A stretch of 64,000 nucleotides of DNA from Candidatus Thorarchaeota archaeon (GCA_048882645.1 JBHLRJ010000003.1:2409-66408); one strand, 5' to 3'. Counted from the first letter of the stretch, positions 36,212 through 46,029 are shown. Numbers and translations are program-made. The notes: a model not told the origin generated them from the sequence alone.

Positions 36212-36601
36212 ATGCTCTTTCAGACTTTTGATTTTTTATTGTATATTATGACATATCTCCCAGCGATAATGTATTCTAGCTTCGATATAGCCATACTCAT
36301 TTTCGGAGTCTTCATTAAAAAGAAAAATTCGTTTAAATATGGACTTTATTTAATAATCGCATCGATAGTTTCATTACTATCAACTATTATATATTATTCG
36401 ATCTACTATCCACTCTTAGTCTCTGATATAAGTAATAATCCCTTTCAGCCACCGGCTCCTCAAGATATTATGATACAATTAATTCTCTTAATCTGTAATC
36501 TCCTCTTTTTAGGTCTAGGAATTAGTAATGAAATTCTGTTGGTCCTCGCTTTTTATAAGATATATCAAACTCATAAAAAAATCAAAAAAACACGTGAATG
36601 A
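36212..36601 (+). CDS. small membrane protein, paralogue of 31608-31979
   Basis: See 31608-31979. Confidence 0.5.
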   Translation: MLFQTFDFLLYIMTYLPAIMYSSFDIAILIFGVFIKKKNSFKYGLYLIIASIVSLLSTIIYYSIYYPLLVSDISNNPFQPPAPQDIMIQLILLICNLLFLGLGISNEILLVLAFYKIYQTHKKIKKTRE

Positions 36602-36636
36602 AAAAAAATAAAAAGTGGTAATATAGATAACAGAGC

Positions 36637-36861
36637 TTATTCGCGCTTGATTAAGTGGTAAAACATCAAATTATCCCCATACACGTTAATAATATCGAAT
36701 CCATTTTTAGTTATGTAATCTTCGATATATGCTAAAATATTAGTTGAAAAACTTTTTTTCTCATACTTTGTTGTTTCAACTCCTGTAGATTTCGCATGAG
36801 TCATAGTACGGGCAAGTAAGTTTACCGCGATATATTCAACTTTCATTTTAATTCTCCTCAA
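36637..36861 (-). CDS. hypothetical protein
   Basis: 74-aa ORF; no family recognised. Confidence 0.35.
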   Translation of the reverse strand: MRRIKMKVEYIAVNLLARTMTHAKSTGVETTKYEKKSFSTNILAYIEDYITKNGFDIINVYGDNLMFYHLIKRE

Positions 36862-37007
36862 AATTATTCATTTTAGATGTAAGATAGTAGTAAATTAATT
36901 GCTTTTATTTTTTTTAGATAATGATTATTAACTCTACAATGAAAAGGTATTTTTGTAAAAAAAAGAAATTAGTTATTAAAATAATTATTATTGTTAATAG
37001 CTTTCCC

Positions 37008-37391
37008 TCATTCTTTATCAACAACTGCACGTGCTTTTTCTATATCATCAACACCAATCACTATTCTGTTATTCTCGGCTAAATAAATAAGATCAATATT
37101 TACTTTTGCATTGCCGATTTTTCTAGCAAGTTTCCCACCTGTGCCTGGCTTACCTGCAATATGTCCAATATCAAGAACCATTACCTCACGAACTGCGCGT
37201 ACTTCAAAATCAGCTTCTTCAAGAGCCCAACGTGCTGTCGTTTCATCTTCGACTAAAATATGGATAATAGCTTCTTCTTTTAAGGGAAATCCACATAATC
37301 CCTCCATATTGATGCCCATTTTACCTAAAGTCTCTCCCATGTCAGCTAACGCACCGGGTCTATTTTTTAAAATAACTGTTAGATCTTTCAA
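37008..37391 (-). CDS. ACT domain protein
   Basis: LKNRPGALADMGETLGKMGINMEG ACT-type motif and a second half-domain. Visibly more GC-rich than its surroundings. Confidence 0.65.
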   Translation of the reverse strand: MKDLTVILKNRPGALADMGETLGKMGINMEGLCGFPLKEEAIIHILVEDETTARWALEEADFEVRAVREVMVLDIGHIAGKPGTGGKLARKIGNAKVNIDLIYLAENNRIVIGVDDIEKARAVVDKE

Positions 37392-37601
37392 ATTTTTATT
37401 CCACCACTCTCTTTCTACTTTGTATTATTATTGTTAGATTCCTTTCCAATTTTTAATTAGGTCTTTACCCTATTTAAGTTTTTTTTAGTAAATTTTACCA
37501 ATGATTAGAAAAATCTCTATATATCACACTTTAAGGCAAAAATAAAGGATTTAATAAAACAAAATAGATCTGTTATTAGAACAAAAGACTTGAGGCTTTA
37601 T

Positions 37602-38432
37602 TTAACACCAGTTTTTATAAATCTTTTCAATTTTCGTTGCGATATTGTTCGCAGTAATTTCACACATTCCTAATGGAACCGTGGCAGAATAAAGAAGGAT
37701 TAAGAATTCTTGGTTGACAATTTCTTTTGTAACAACCTTATCACCATTTTTTAGCACATATATCATAAGAGGAAGATCCAAATATCCTAATTGAAGTCTA
37801 ATGTCCAATTCTTTTAATGTACGTGATAATAATTTCTCTGATAATGTAGAGTATATACTAGTTCCTGTGACAGATAATAACGCCGCTCCTAAAAATTCAT
37901 CTTCATGGATTAAATCATCAAGCAAGTTTTCAACTTGTTTATAGTAGTCTTTATAACTATCGATTTCCCAATTACCTAATATAATTGAATCAATTATAGT
38001 GTCTAGTTCATCACTATGGAACACGGCCGTATCCAATGAGGTTAAATTATCTTTATAAACATTACAAAAATGTGTCATTATCATAAGTAAACTGTCTTTC
38101 AAGAAAACATTATTTTCATCAATATCTGCTATAGTAGCAAAAATGAGATTTTCCTTAATATCGTCTAAATCTTTACTAGAAATAAATACTAATTTCACAT
38201 TTGCCATCTCAAGCACTTCTATTTTTTCTGAAGTTACCTCTTCCGCAAATGAAGAAAACGCTGCGAAAAAATTAGTTACTAAATCAATATCCAATTTTTC
38301 AAATTTACTGGAAAAATTCCTATTGTAAATACAAGTACCATTCTCTTTTAGAATGAAAAAAGAATGGATTTTCCGTTTAACAATTTTTAAGATTTCATTC
38401 ACTTTTTTAAACCTACTTTTCTTGAAATTCAA
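37602..38432 (-). CDS. longin-like + roadblock/LC7-like two-domain protein (putative GTPase regulator)
   Basis: N-terminal half FFILKENGTCIYNRNF...LVTNFFAAFSSFAEEV (longin/SNARE-like pattern). C-terminal half GAALLSVTGTSIYSTL...LLYSATVPLGM (roadblock/MglB-like pattern). Motif-level only. Confidence 0.4.
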   Translation of the reverse strand: MNFKKSRFKKVNEILKIVKRKIHSFFILKENGTCIYNRNFSSKFEKLDIDLVTNFFAAFSSFAEEVTSEKIEVLEMANVKLVFISSKDLDDIKENLIFATIADIDENNVFLKDSLLMIMTHFCNVYKDNLTSLDTAVFHSDELDTIIDSIILGNWEIDSYKDYYKQVENLLDDLIHEDEFLGAALLSVTGTSIYSTLSEKLLSRTLKELDIRLQLGYLDLPLMIYVLKNGDKVVTKEIVNQEFLILLYSATVPLGMCEITANNIATKIEKIYKNWC

Positions 38433-38756
38433 TAATTGGGTTATAGCTTTTTTGAACTCAATTCTATAAGACTAGGTAAAAAACTATCACCTTTCATTAA
38501 AAAGTTTTTTAAAAACTCTTCTCATTTCTGAAAATCAAAAACCCACACTCATATTTTTTAAGAAATGTATCTTTAGTTATACTAATAAAAATAAAAATCC
38601 ACAAGATTAGTAAATATCTAATTTTGGGTGTTTCATCATTTAATGTAATTGAGAATTCCATTTAAAATTGCAATTTCACCCAAGAAAACCAAATATCATC
38701 AATAAATTTATCTCTAATAAGAATTTATATAAAATCAAAGAGAAGAGGTTGGAATT

Positions 38757-38996
38757 ATGGGAAAAAAATTGGAAGGAATGAGTTTTTGTTTTACAGGAAA
38801 ACTTGAAACCATGAAAAGAGCAGAAGCAGAACAGCTAGTTCGAGATCATGGTGGTGAAGCGAAGAGCAGTGTGGTTAAAAATTTATCCTATCTGGTAACA
38901 AACTCAGATGAGCCAACGACGAAATATAAGAAAGCTCAAGCCCAAGGAACTAAAATTATTACCGAAGAAGAATTTCTCAAAATGATAAACGAATAA
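38757..38996 (+). CDS. stand-alone BRCT domain protein
   Basis: LEGMSFCFTGKLETMKRAEAEQLVRDHGGEAKSSVVKNLSYLVT...KYKKAQAQGTKIITEEEFLKMI matches the LigA-type BRCT pattern. Confidence 0.75.
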   Translation: MGKKLEGMSFCFTGKLETMKRAEAEQLVRDHGGEAKSSVVKNLSYLVTNSDEPTTKYKKAQAQGTKIITEEEFLKMINE

Positions 38997-40234
38997 TGAA
39001 CGAAAAAGCTAAAATTATTCTTCGGAATGAGTCATTTGGGGGAATCTATTTCAACCAAGCTAATGGGAGGATGGTAATGGTAGATGCCCAAGGTTTTAAT
39101 ACACTCCTGAAAAATCTTGGAAAAAAAAGGCTTAATGAAAAAGAGAAAAAATTCAGTAATTTCTTTTTTAATTCCAAATTCCCTAAAGAAGTGGAATTGC
39201 GTATTGATCCCACTATAAAATATTCAAATAATTATTCAATTCCAATAACTAAAACACCTATTTTAGTTGATCTGTCTTTAAGTAATTACTGTAATTTAAA
39301 TTGTGATTATTGTTATATGTCATCAACTTCTATTAAAGAAGGAACAAACTTGTTAATGGAAAATTTTGAATCTCTCCTCTCAAAAATGGTTAAAACTAGA
39401 GTTCTTCAAATTGCCTTAGGAGGCGGGGAACCGACTTTATATCCACATTTTCCTCTCATTCTTAAAAAATTGCGTGTTGATGCAAACATAGTTCCAAATT
39501 ATACCACAAATGGTTCAAACCTCACTAATGAGATATTAAAGGCCTCAGAACAGTATTGTGGGGCTATAGCTGTAAGTTATTCTGAAGAACGATTTGATGA
39601 AACTATTAACGCTACGAAAAAGTTAATTTCTCATGGTATTCAGACAAATATGCATTTAGTATTATTAAAATCGAGAATACCTCGACTTTCTGAAATTACT
39701 GAACAATTTGCGAAGATAGGAATCTCGAATGTTGTACTGTTACTATTTAAACCTATGGGTAGAGGAATTAATTTGACTCATGAAATTCTCGACTCAACAG
39801 ATAGAAAAATACTTTCATTAGAGCTTCTAAAAATTCTGGCTCTTCGCAAAAAATATGGAGTACGGCTAAGTATTGATGCATGTTCTTCATTTATTCTAAA
39901 AGATTTTCCTTTCCTTCCCCAATCAATTGAAGGATGTACAGGAGGCACGTATTCTGCTTATATTGATTGGGATCTGAATATGAAGCCTTGTTCGTTTATG
40001 CAAATCGACCAAGGATATAATATAAAACAAAAAAGTATTCTAAGTGCGTGGGAATCAGATTTGTTTGAAAACTTTAGAAAAAGGTTAATATCACCTCGTT
40101 ATGAAGGTTGTCAAGCCTGTGATCATTTCCTTAGTTGTTTGAGTGGATGTCCAATAAGTCCTGATATTGTGTTCTGTGAACTAAAGGGAGATAAAATTGA
40201 CAAATCTTATATCTTTGAGGAGGATCTTCTTTGA
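38996..40234 (+). CDS. radical SAM / SPASM-domain protein
   Basis: CNLNCDYC (Cx3Cx2C), GGGEPTL, and C-terminal Cys clusters CTGG...PCSF and CQACDHFLSCLSGCP. Its start overlaps the BRCT stop (TAATG). Confidence 0.85.
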   Translation: MNEKAKIILRNESFGGIYFNQANGRMVMVDAQGFNTLLKNLGKKRLNEKEKKFSNFFFNSKFPKEVELRIDPTIKYSNNYSIPITKTPILVDLSLSNYCNLNCDYCYMSSTSIKEGTNLLMENFESLLSKMVKTRVLQIALGGGEPTLYPHFPLILKKLRVDANIVPNYTTNGSNLTNEILKASEQYCGAIAVSYSEERFDETINATKKLISHGIQTNMHLVLLKSRIPRLSEITEQFAKIGISNVVLLLFKPMGRGINLTHEILDSTDRKILSLELLKILALRKKYGVRLSIDACSSFILKDFPFLPQSIEGCTGGTYSAYIDWDLNMKPCSFMQIDQGYNIKQKSILSAWESDLFENFRKRLISPRYEGCQACDHFLSCLSGCPISPDIVFCELKGDKIDKSYIFEEDLL

Positions 40235-40533
40235 AAGAATTTTAATTAAACAAGCATCTCTCCTTATGTTTAGAAAATGGGAAATTCTACAAAGGATAAA
40301 GTAAAAATTTTTTATGAATAAGACCTATGGTTTTTAGATAATTCAAATTACTATATCAGAATAGTTTAATTTAATCTCTTTTATTATCATTGAAATCGAC
40401 ACTTCTTCATTAAGTTCTAAATATCTTAAAGTACTATTCTTTGGGTTTTGTTTTTACTATCAATTACAATCTGAATAACAACAGAATTATTTCCACTTTT
40501 TTAATCGTTTCTCTAAATACAAAATAGGAGTTG

Positions 40534-40992
40534 TTATTTTGTCCTAGCTCTTCCTATGAAAAATGCAATAACAACGATAACAAAAGTACTTATTCCGACA
40601 ATATAAAATATGAAAATCCCATCAACACCTAACAGGAAATTTACAATTAAAGTTTTTAGCCCCCACATGAAGAGACCACCAAGGAACACAAATAAGACGT
40701 CCCAAAATGCGTTCTTAGGTGAATCGCGTCTCCCCTCAAACTTGAAACCTTTATCATATAAAACTGTATTTTCCAATATTTCCCATATAATTGCCACCCC
40801 CACTGTTAAAACTATTGAAAACCAGAAAGGGACAATATACATTATGGTTTTTTCAAATGCACTGGGAAGTAAATTAATTAAGGACCACAATAGAAACACC
40901 GCTATCCCTATATCAATATGACCCCAACTAAAAAAATCTATTGCAACTCTTCCAACCTTTTCCTTAGATTCTGCTACTACTTCATCGTTCAT
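40534..40992 (-). CDS. membrane protein (hypothetical)
   Basis: Four hydrophobic helices. Confidence 0.5.
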   Translation of the reverse strand: MNDEVVAESKEKVGRVAIDFFSWGHIDIGIAVFLLWSLINLLPSAFEKTIMYIVPFWFSIVLTVGVAIIWEILENTVLYDKGFKFEGRRDSPKNAFWDVLFVFLGGLFMWGLKTLIVNFLLGVDGIFIFYIVGISTFVIVVIAFFIGRARTK

Positions 40993-41206
40993 TAAATTTC
41001 ACTTTTTAGATTTGTTAATATTTTTGATAATAATTTTGATAATTATAATAAATTAAAAGTAGATTACTTTCAAATAAATCTTTATTTATCTAGAAACTCT
41101 ATAAAAAAATTTGGAAATAAATAAATTTAAAAAATTCAAATATTATTATTTTACTGTATTTATCTAATACTGATCTATGGTATAGGAATCAATAGAAAAG
41201 AGTAGA

Positions 41207-41662
41207 ATGAAAGTTAATAAGATATCGATTAGGCCTAATAAAGTAGGAATAGATTTAGTGCTTTGTCCAAAAACTAACTTGTACCTCCAAGATTTGTATT
41301 GTCGAAGATGTTCTTACTATAAATTAGATACTGAAAAACATGTTCAGTGTGAGTTTGTTGGACATAGATATAATCAATCAGATCCAATCAAAGATAAATT
41401 ATTTGAAGATTTGTCGAAATCTTTTATCACAGAACTTCCTCAAGAAGATATAAATAACACTCCTATAGAGATAGAAGAAACAATTTCCAAAGAGCAGAAT
41501 AGTGAAATAACCGCAACTAATCACTTTACCCAAACCTTAGAAAAAGCTAAAAACCAAAAAATTAAAAAAGAATTAGAAAAAACTCATCTTTCTAAATATA
41601 TTCAGAAGACAAATCTTTCTACTCGATTAGAGAATATTAAAAAGACTCCTAACAACGAATAA
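41207..41662 (+). CDS. hypothetical protein
   Basis: 151-aa ORF with a Cys/His-containing N-terminus and a low-complexity charged C-terminus. Confidence 0.4.
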   Translation: MKVNKISIRPNKVGIDLVLCPKTNLYLQDLYCRRCSYYKLDTEKHVQCEFVGHRYNQSDPIKDKLFEDLSKSFITELPQEDINNTPIEIEETISKEQNSEITATNHFTQTLEKAKNQKIKKELEKTHLSKYIQKTNLSTRLENIKKTPNNE

Positions 41663-41679
41663 ACGTATAATTTCCTTTT

Positions 41680-42540
41680 TTATGCTAAACTTTTTTCAAA
41701 CAATATAACACAGACACGTGGATCGTTATAAGGTTTAAATCCCATTCTTTTAAGAAGATCCGCAATTTCTGGGCTGCAAAAAACCTGAAAGACTGCATTA
41801 AGCTGTACTTCTTCTTGAATTGTGTCAAGAATTAAATCAAGAGCTGCTTTTGCATTTCCATATGAAATTAACCATATCTCATTTTTTAATGGAACCTCCG
41901 AACCATGAGAAATAATATGTTCAATTTTGAGTAAAATTGAGTCTTCATTATATTTCCATGAGCCATGCGTATCAGTTATAAAATTTAATGGTATATAAGA
42001 CCATCCGATACAGATTTCAGTTCCGGGACCAATATCAAACTCCGTATAGTACTTTTTTGCTTCTTTCGCTGACATCTTCTCGAACGTTGAGATTTTCCTT
42101 TTGGTTAAATTGATATTTTGAGAGCTGAATTCTATAAGCTCCATGTATTTCTTTCGCTTAAAACCATAATATTTAGCAAGTGAAATTGAGGCAAAATTGT
42201 TAGAACTAGTGTCGTATTGGGCTACTTTCGCCCCTATTTTTCTAGCATATTCTATAGCATAATATAATTGGAGTTTACCAATTCCTTTTCCTTGATAAGA
42301 AACTTTTATTCTTCCACCTTCTAACCATGCAATATCCTTATTATATAGCTTAACCCTACCAAATCCTATCAAATTTGTTTTAGTTTCATCTGTAAAAGTT
42401 CCATAATTCATACAGTTCTCATCTTGGAGCCATCCTTGGATAACATGAGGGATATAATCCTCTCCTTCCCAGATATCTTTACTTATATCATTGATTGCCG
42501 GAATATCCTCTATCGTTAATTCTCGAAAATATACGTTCAT
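41680..42540 (-). CDS. GNAT family N-acetyltransferase (two-domain)
   Basis: YQGKGIGKLQLYYAIEYARKIG acetyl-CoA-binding motif and NFASISLAKYYGF. Confidence 0.7.
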   Translation of the reverse strand: MNVYFRELTIEDIPAINDISKDIWEGEDYIPHVIQGWLQDENCMNYGTFTDETKTNLIGFGRVKLYNKDIAWLEGGRIKVSYQGKGIGKLQLYYAIEYARKIGAKVAQYDTSSNNFASISLAKYYGFKRKKYMELIEFSSQNINLTKRKISTFEKMSAKEAKKYYTEFDIGPGTEICIGWSYIPLNFITDTHGSWKYNEDSILLKIEHIISHGSEVPLKNEIWLISYGNAKAALDLILDTIQEEVQLNAVFQVFCSPEIADLLKRMGFKPYNDPRVCVILFEKSLA

Positions 42541-42634
42541 AATAAATCAGTAAAAAGGACTGTGTTAAGAAGATTATTAAATTATAAAATTAGAATAAAT
42601 ATAACTTTTTATTTAACGTAAAAACGATTCTAAT

Positions 42635-42847
42635 CTAATCTAATGCTTCGCTTAATTTGAACATATATCCTTCGTCTTTGACTATTAACAAAATTCCATT
42701 TTTTCTAAACTTATTCAATAAAGGCTTAATTTCTTTAAGAGGAATATTGTACTTCTCAGCCATTATTTCTATCATAAATTTAGGGAACTTCTTGTATGAA
42801 CGCTGAAGAAATTGGAGCATTTCATAAAATGCATTTGAATAATCCAT
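42635..42847 (-). CDS. hypothetical small protein
   Basis: 70-aa ORF, possibly wHTH-like. Confidence 0.4.
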   Translation of the reverse strand: MDYSNAFYEMLQFLQRSYKKFPKFMIEIMAEKYNIPLKEIKPLLNKFRKNGILLIVKDEGYMFKLSEALD

Positions 42848-43019
42848 TGTATGACTTTCACCTCAGTACTCCTAATTCTATTATGATTTTAAATCTTATT
42901 TAAATGAGTGTATAAACGAGAAGATACCGTCGTAATATAGTTGATATGTCCTATTAATAGGACAAATAGAAAATTAAGAAAAAGGAGTAAATAAAAAAAA
43001 TTGGCAAAAAGGGTTAAAT

Positions 43020-43226
43020 TCAAGAATCACTTGTAGATGGCTCAGTTTCTACTCTATTCTGATTAAATAGATCTATCATAATATTTCCGAAGAGTGCTCT
43101 TCGTTGCCTAAAATGAAGTCCTTGTTCATACTTATTCTTGATTAGTGTAAGTTTCCACTTAATCAACCTATATCTACCCTTTTTATCTAATAATACTCCA
43201 CCTATTCTTTTTTTATATGTACCCAT
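43020..43226 (-). CDS. hypothetical protein (possibly the 3' part of a frameshifted ORF)
   Basis: Overlaps ORF 43202-43303 in the -1 frame at an A7 run. Confidence 0.3.
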   Translation of the reverse strand: MGTYKKRIGGVLLDKKGRYRLIKWKLTLIKNKYEQGLHFRQRRALFGNIMIDLFNQNRVETEPSTSDS

Positions 43227-43682
43227 ATTTGACCAGGTTTTACAGGTATTATATTGGCTATATCATACCATCTTACCCATTTGCTTTTACCACTTTTTGT
43301 CATATATGAGATCCCTATAATATCAACGCCAAAATATGGATCTACTTATAGATATGTTAGTAAAAATTCAAAAAGAATTAATTAGCGAACACGAACTTCA
43401 AGAGAATTGTCCAAAATGTTCATTATCACGTAAGATTAGACTTTCAAGGTGTTCATGATGTGGAAAAGTTTTTTAACAAAAATAAAGATTTAGATTTTTT
43501 TCTAACTCTAGGTTAAATTACACAAATATTTACTTAACAATAGCTCACATAGAAGAAGGTCTATCAATAGTAGTTCTTTACTAGGTTTTCCTTAGTTAAG
43601 TTTTATATAGGATGGGAAGTTACCAGCCTTTGATTCCAATTATCATATTTTATAAAAAAATCATAAAGAGAGATGAAACCGT

Positions 43683-44021
43683 ATGGTTGTTGTTATTCAA
43701 CGAATGGTCCAAACACTTTATCCTGGAAAATGGGATGAACTTGAAAAAATTGATGAAAAATTTAATGAAATTGAAAAAAAATATGGCTTTCCACAGAATA
43801 AAAAGAGACTTAGGTGCTTATTTTGGGCTGTAGGATTCAATTCTATTATTATTGAATTTGAATGGCCAAGTTTGAGCAAAATGGAAAAAACTATGACAAA
43901 AGCATACCTTGATCCAGAATATCAAAAACTTACTGAAAAGTTAAATTCCATTATAATGGAACAAACTACGGAACTTTATACTCCAGTTATTAATATAAAG
44001 GATTTACAAGAACAAGAATAG
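43683..44021 (+). CDS. hypothetical protein
   Basis: 112-aa ORF. The overlapping 43612-43833 ORF is judged spurious. Confidence 0.45.
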   Translation: MVVVIQRMVQTLYPGKWDELEKIDEKFNEIEKKYGFPQNKKRLRCLFWAVGFNSIIIEFEWPSLSKMEKTMTKAYLDPEYQKLTEKLNSIIMEQTTELYTPVINIKDLQEQE

Positions 44022-44088
44022 AATTAATAATTTTTCAATTATATTTTTATTTTTATCTATCTATATTTTTTATAAAGCTGAGAGAGAG

Positions 44089-45912
44089 ATGGTAAATTCA
44101 ATTTTTCACAATGAATTAACACAAGCAAAAAAGCTTAAAAAAAGTGGCAAATATCAAAAAGCTCTCCAAATTGTGAATGATTTAGAGAATAAAGGTGAAT
44201 ATTCTAAAGAAGATTTGCTTTCCTTACTCCTTGTAAAAAGTTCTATACTTCTAGAGATTCGTCAATTACATGACGCTTATGATCTAGCCAAAAAAGTGTT
44301 AGACCAGAGTGAGGAATTAAAAAGTTACGAAAAAATTTTTGACGCTTTATATATTATTGCATGGGTTCATCGAAGACTTGGTAAATTAGAAGAAAGTATT
44401 GAGACTATTGATAAAGCTGAAAGAATAATCAACTCATATTTCCCTGAACCTGACAAACAAATTAAGAAAAAATATGCTGAACTATTCTTATTAAAAGGAA
44501 GTATATCATTTGCACGAGGAAACCTAAACTTAATTAAAGAATATCTCACCCAAGGTTTGGAGATCGCGAAAGAAGTAATTGATAAAAAATTAATTATGCA
44601 ATTTACCATCAACTTTGGAACATATTATGGAATAAAAGGTAACTTAGAGTATGCGATTAATTTTAATAACCAGGGATTAGCAATTGCTGAGGAAATTAAC
44701 GATACTCAAAATATCATTATTGCTTTAAATAATTTAGGGTGGATTTATCGAGAACAGGGTAAATTAGATGATGCATATGATAGAATAAATCAGAGTTATA
44801 TCCTTTGTAAGGAAGTAAAAAGTCCCACAATACCAATTGTCCTTGATTCACTATTTCATTTAGCTCTTGATAAAGAAAACCTCGAATTAGCCCAAAAATA
44901 TCTAAACGAAATAGCTGAACTTAAAGATAAAGAAGAATACAAAATCATTGAACAAAATTATTTAATAAATAAAGCTTTATTACTAAAAGCAAATCCCCGA
45001 ACACGAAATCTCTATGAAGCAGAAAAAATTCTACGAAAAGCTGTAGAGAAAGAAATCATTTTATATGAAGCGCATATTGATGCACTACTTAATCTATGTG
45101 ACATATTAATATTTGATCTTCGCAATTCTAATGATTTCCAAATAATAGAAGAAATACAACCCTTAATATCCCATCTGATTAATATAGCTCAACAAAATAA
45201 CTCTTATCCTTTGCTTGTTGAGATATATCTTCTGCAATCCAGATTAGCATTATTAACCTTTGATATAAAAGGCGCAAGGCGATTATTATCAGAAGCTCAA
45301 AATGTTTCCGAAAAATATGGACTTAATCGGTTAACAATAAAAATATCAAATGAGCATGATGAATTATTAAAACAACTGGACCTTTGGCAGGATCTTAAAC
45401 TTAAAGATTCATCCTTAAGTGAACGGTTACAGTTAACTCATATTCAAGAACAATTAACTCGAATGATAAAAAAGCGCACTTCTGAACTTCCAAAATTGGT
45501 CGAAGAAGATCCTTTGTTGCTTTTATTTATAGCTGAAGGGGGCACACCAATATTTTCGCACGCATTTTCAAAAGATTGGAAATTTTCAAACGAACTTCTA
45601 AGTGGTTTCTTAACTGCATTTGACTCGATTAGTAAAGAAGTCTTCTCAGAAGGTTTGGATCGAGCAAAATTTGGAAATCATACTATTCTAATAAATACTA
45701 TTGAAGACCTCTCAATTTGCTATTTATTTAAAGGGCAATCTTATTATGCAAAACAAAAGATAATGGATTTTATAGATAGGATACAAAACTCTTCTACTTT
45801 ATGGCAAACTTTAACCAAATCTATTAGTAGTAATCAAATCCTTAGATTAAAAGATCATCCTTCACTCGAATCTCTTATTGAGGAAATTTTTCCTATAAAC
45901 ACCGTTAATTAA
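44089..45912 (+). CDS. TPR-rich protein with a C-terminal longin-like domain
   Basis: TPR-like helical repeats over ~450 aa. The C-terminus LLLFIAEGGTPIFSHAFSKDW...LLSGFLTAFDSISKEVF resembles the N-terminal half of 37602-38432. Confidence 0.65.
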   Translation: MVNSIFHNELTQAKKLKKSGKYQKALQIVNDLENKGEYSKEDLLSLLLVKSSILLEIRQLHDAYDLAKKVLDQSEELKSYEKIFDALYIIAWVHRRLGKLEESIETIDKAERIINSYFPEPDKQIKKKYAELFLLKGSISFARGNLNLIKEYLTQGLEIAKEVIDKKLIMQFTINFGTYYGIKGNLEYAINFNNQGLAIAEEINDTQNIIIALNNLGWIYREQGKLDDAYDRINQSYILCKEVKSPTIPIVLDSLFHLALDKENLELAQKYLNEIAELKDKEEYKIIEQNYLINKALLLKANPRTRNLYEAEKILRKAVEKEIILYEAHIDALLNLCDILIFDLRNSNDFQIIEEIQPLISHLINIAQQNNSYPLLVEIYLLQSRLALLTFDIKGARRLLSEAQNVSEKYGLNRLTIKISNEHDELLKQLDLWQDLKLKDSSLSERLQLTHIQEQLTRMIKKRTSELPKLVEEDPLLLLFIAEGGTPIFSHAFSKDWKFSNELLSGFLTAFDSISKEVFSEGLDRAKFGNHTILINTIEDLSICYLFKGQSYYAKQKIMDFIDRIQNSSTLWQTLTKSISSNQILRLKDHPSLESLIEEIFPINTVN

Positions 45913-46029
45913 TAACAGTAGATTTCCCTACTATTTAGATTGAAATAAAAAAAGTAATTTAAATTGAATACAACAGCGTGAAAGAGAGAAAAAAAGAAGA
46001 TTATTAAACAAGGTGATTTAAGGAAAAAT

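Noticed and set aside
43612-43833. 73-aa ORF overlapping the start of 43683-44021
   Set aside because: It is out of frame with the longer ORF and has a Lys/Leu-rich low-complexity translation. The 43683 ORF is the more protein-like of the two.
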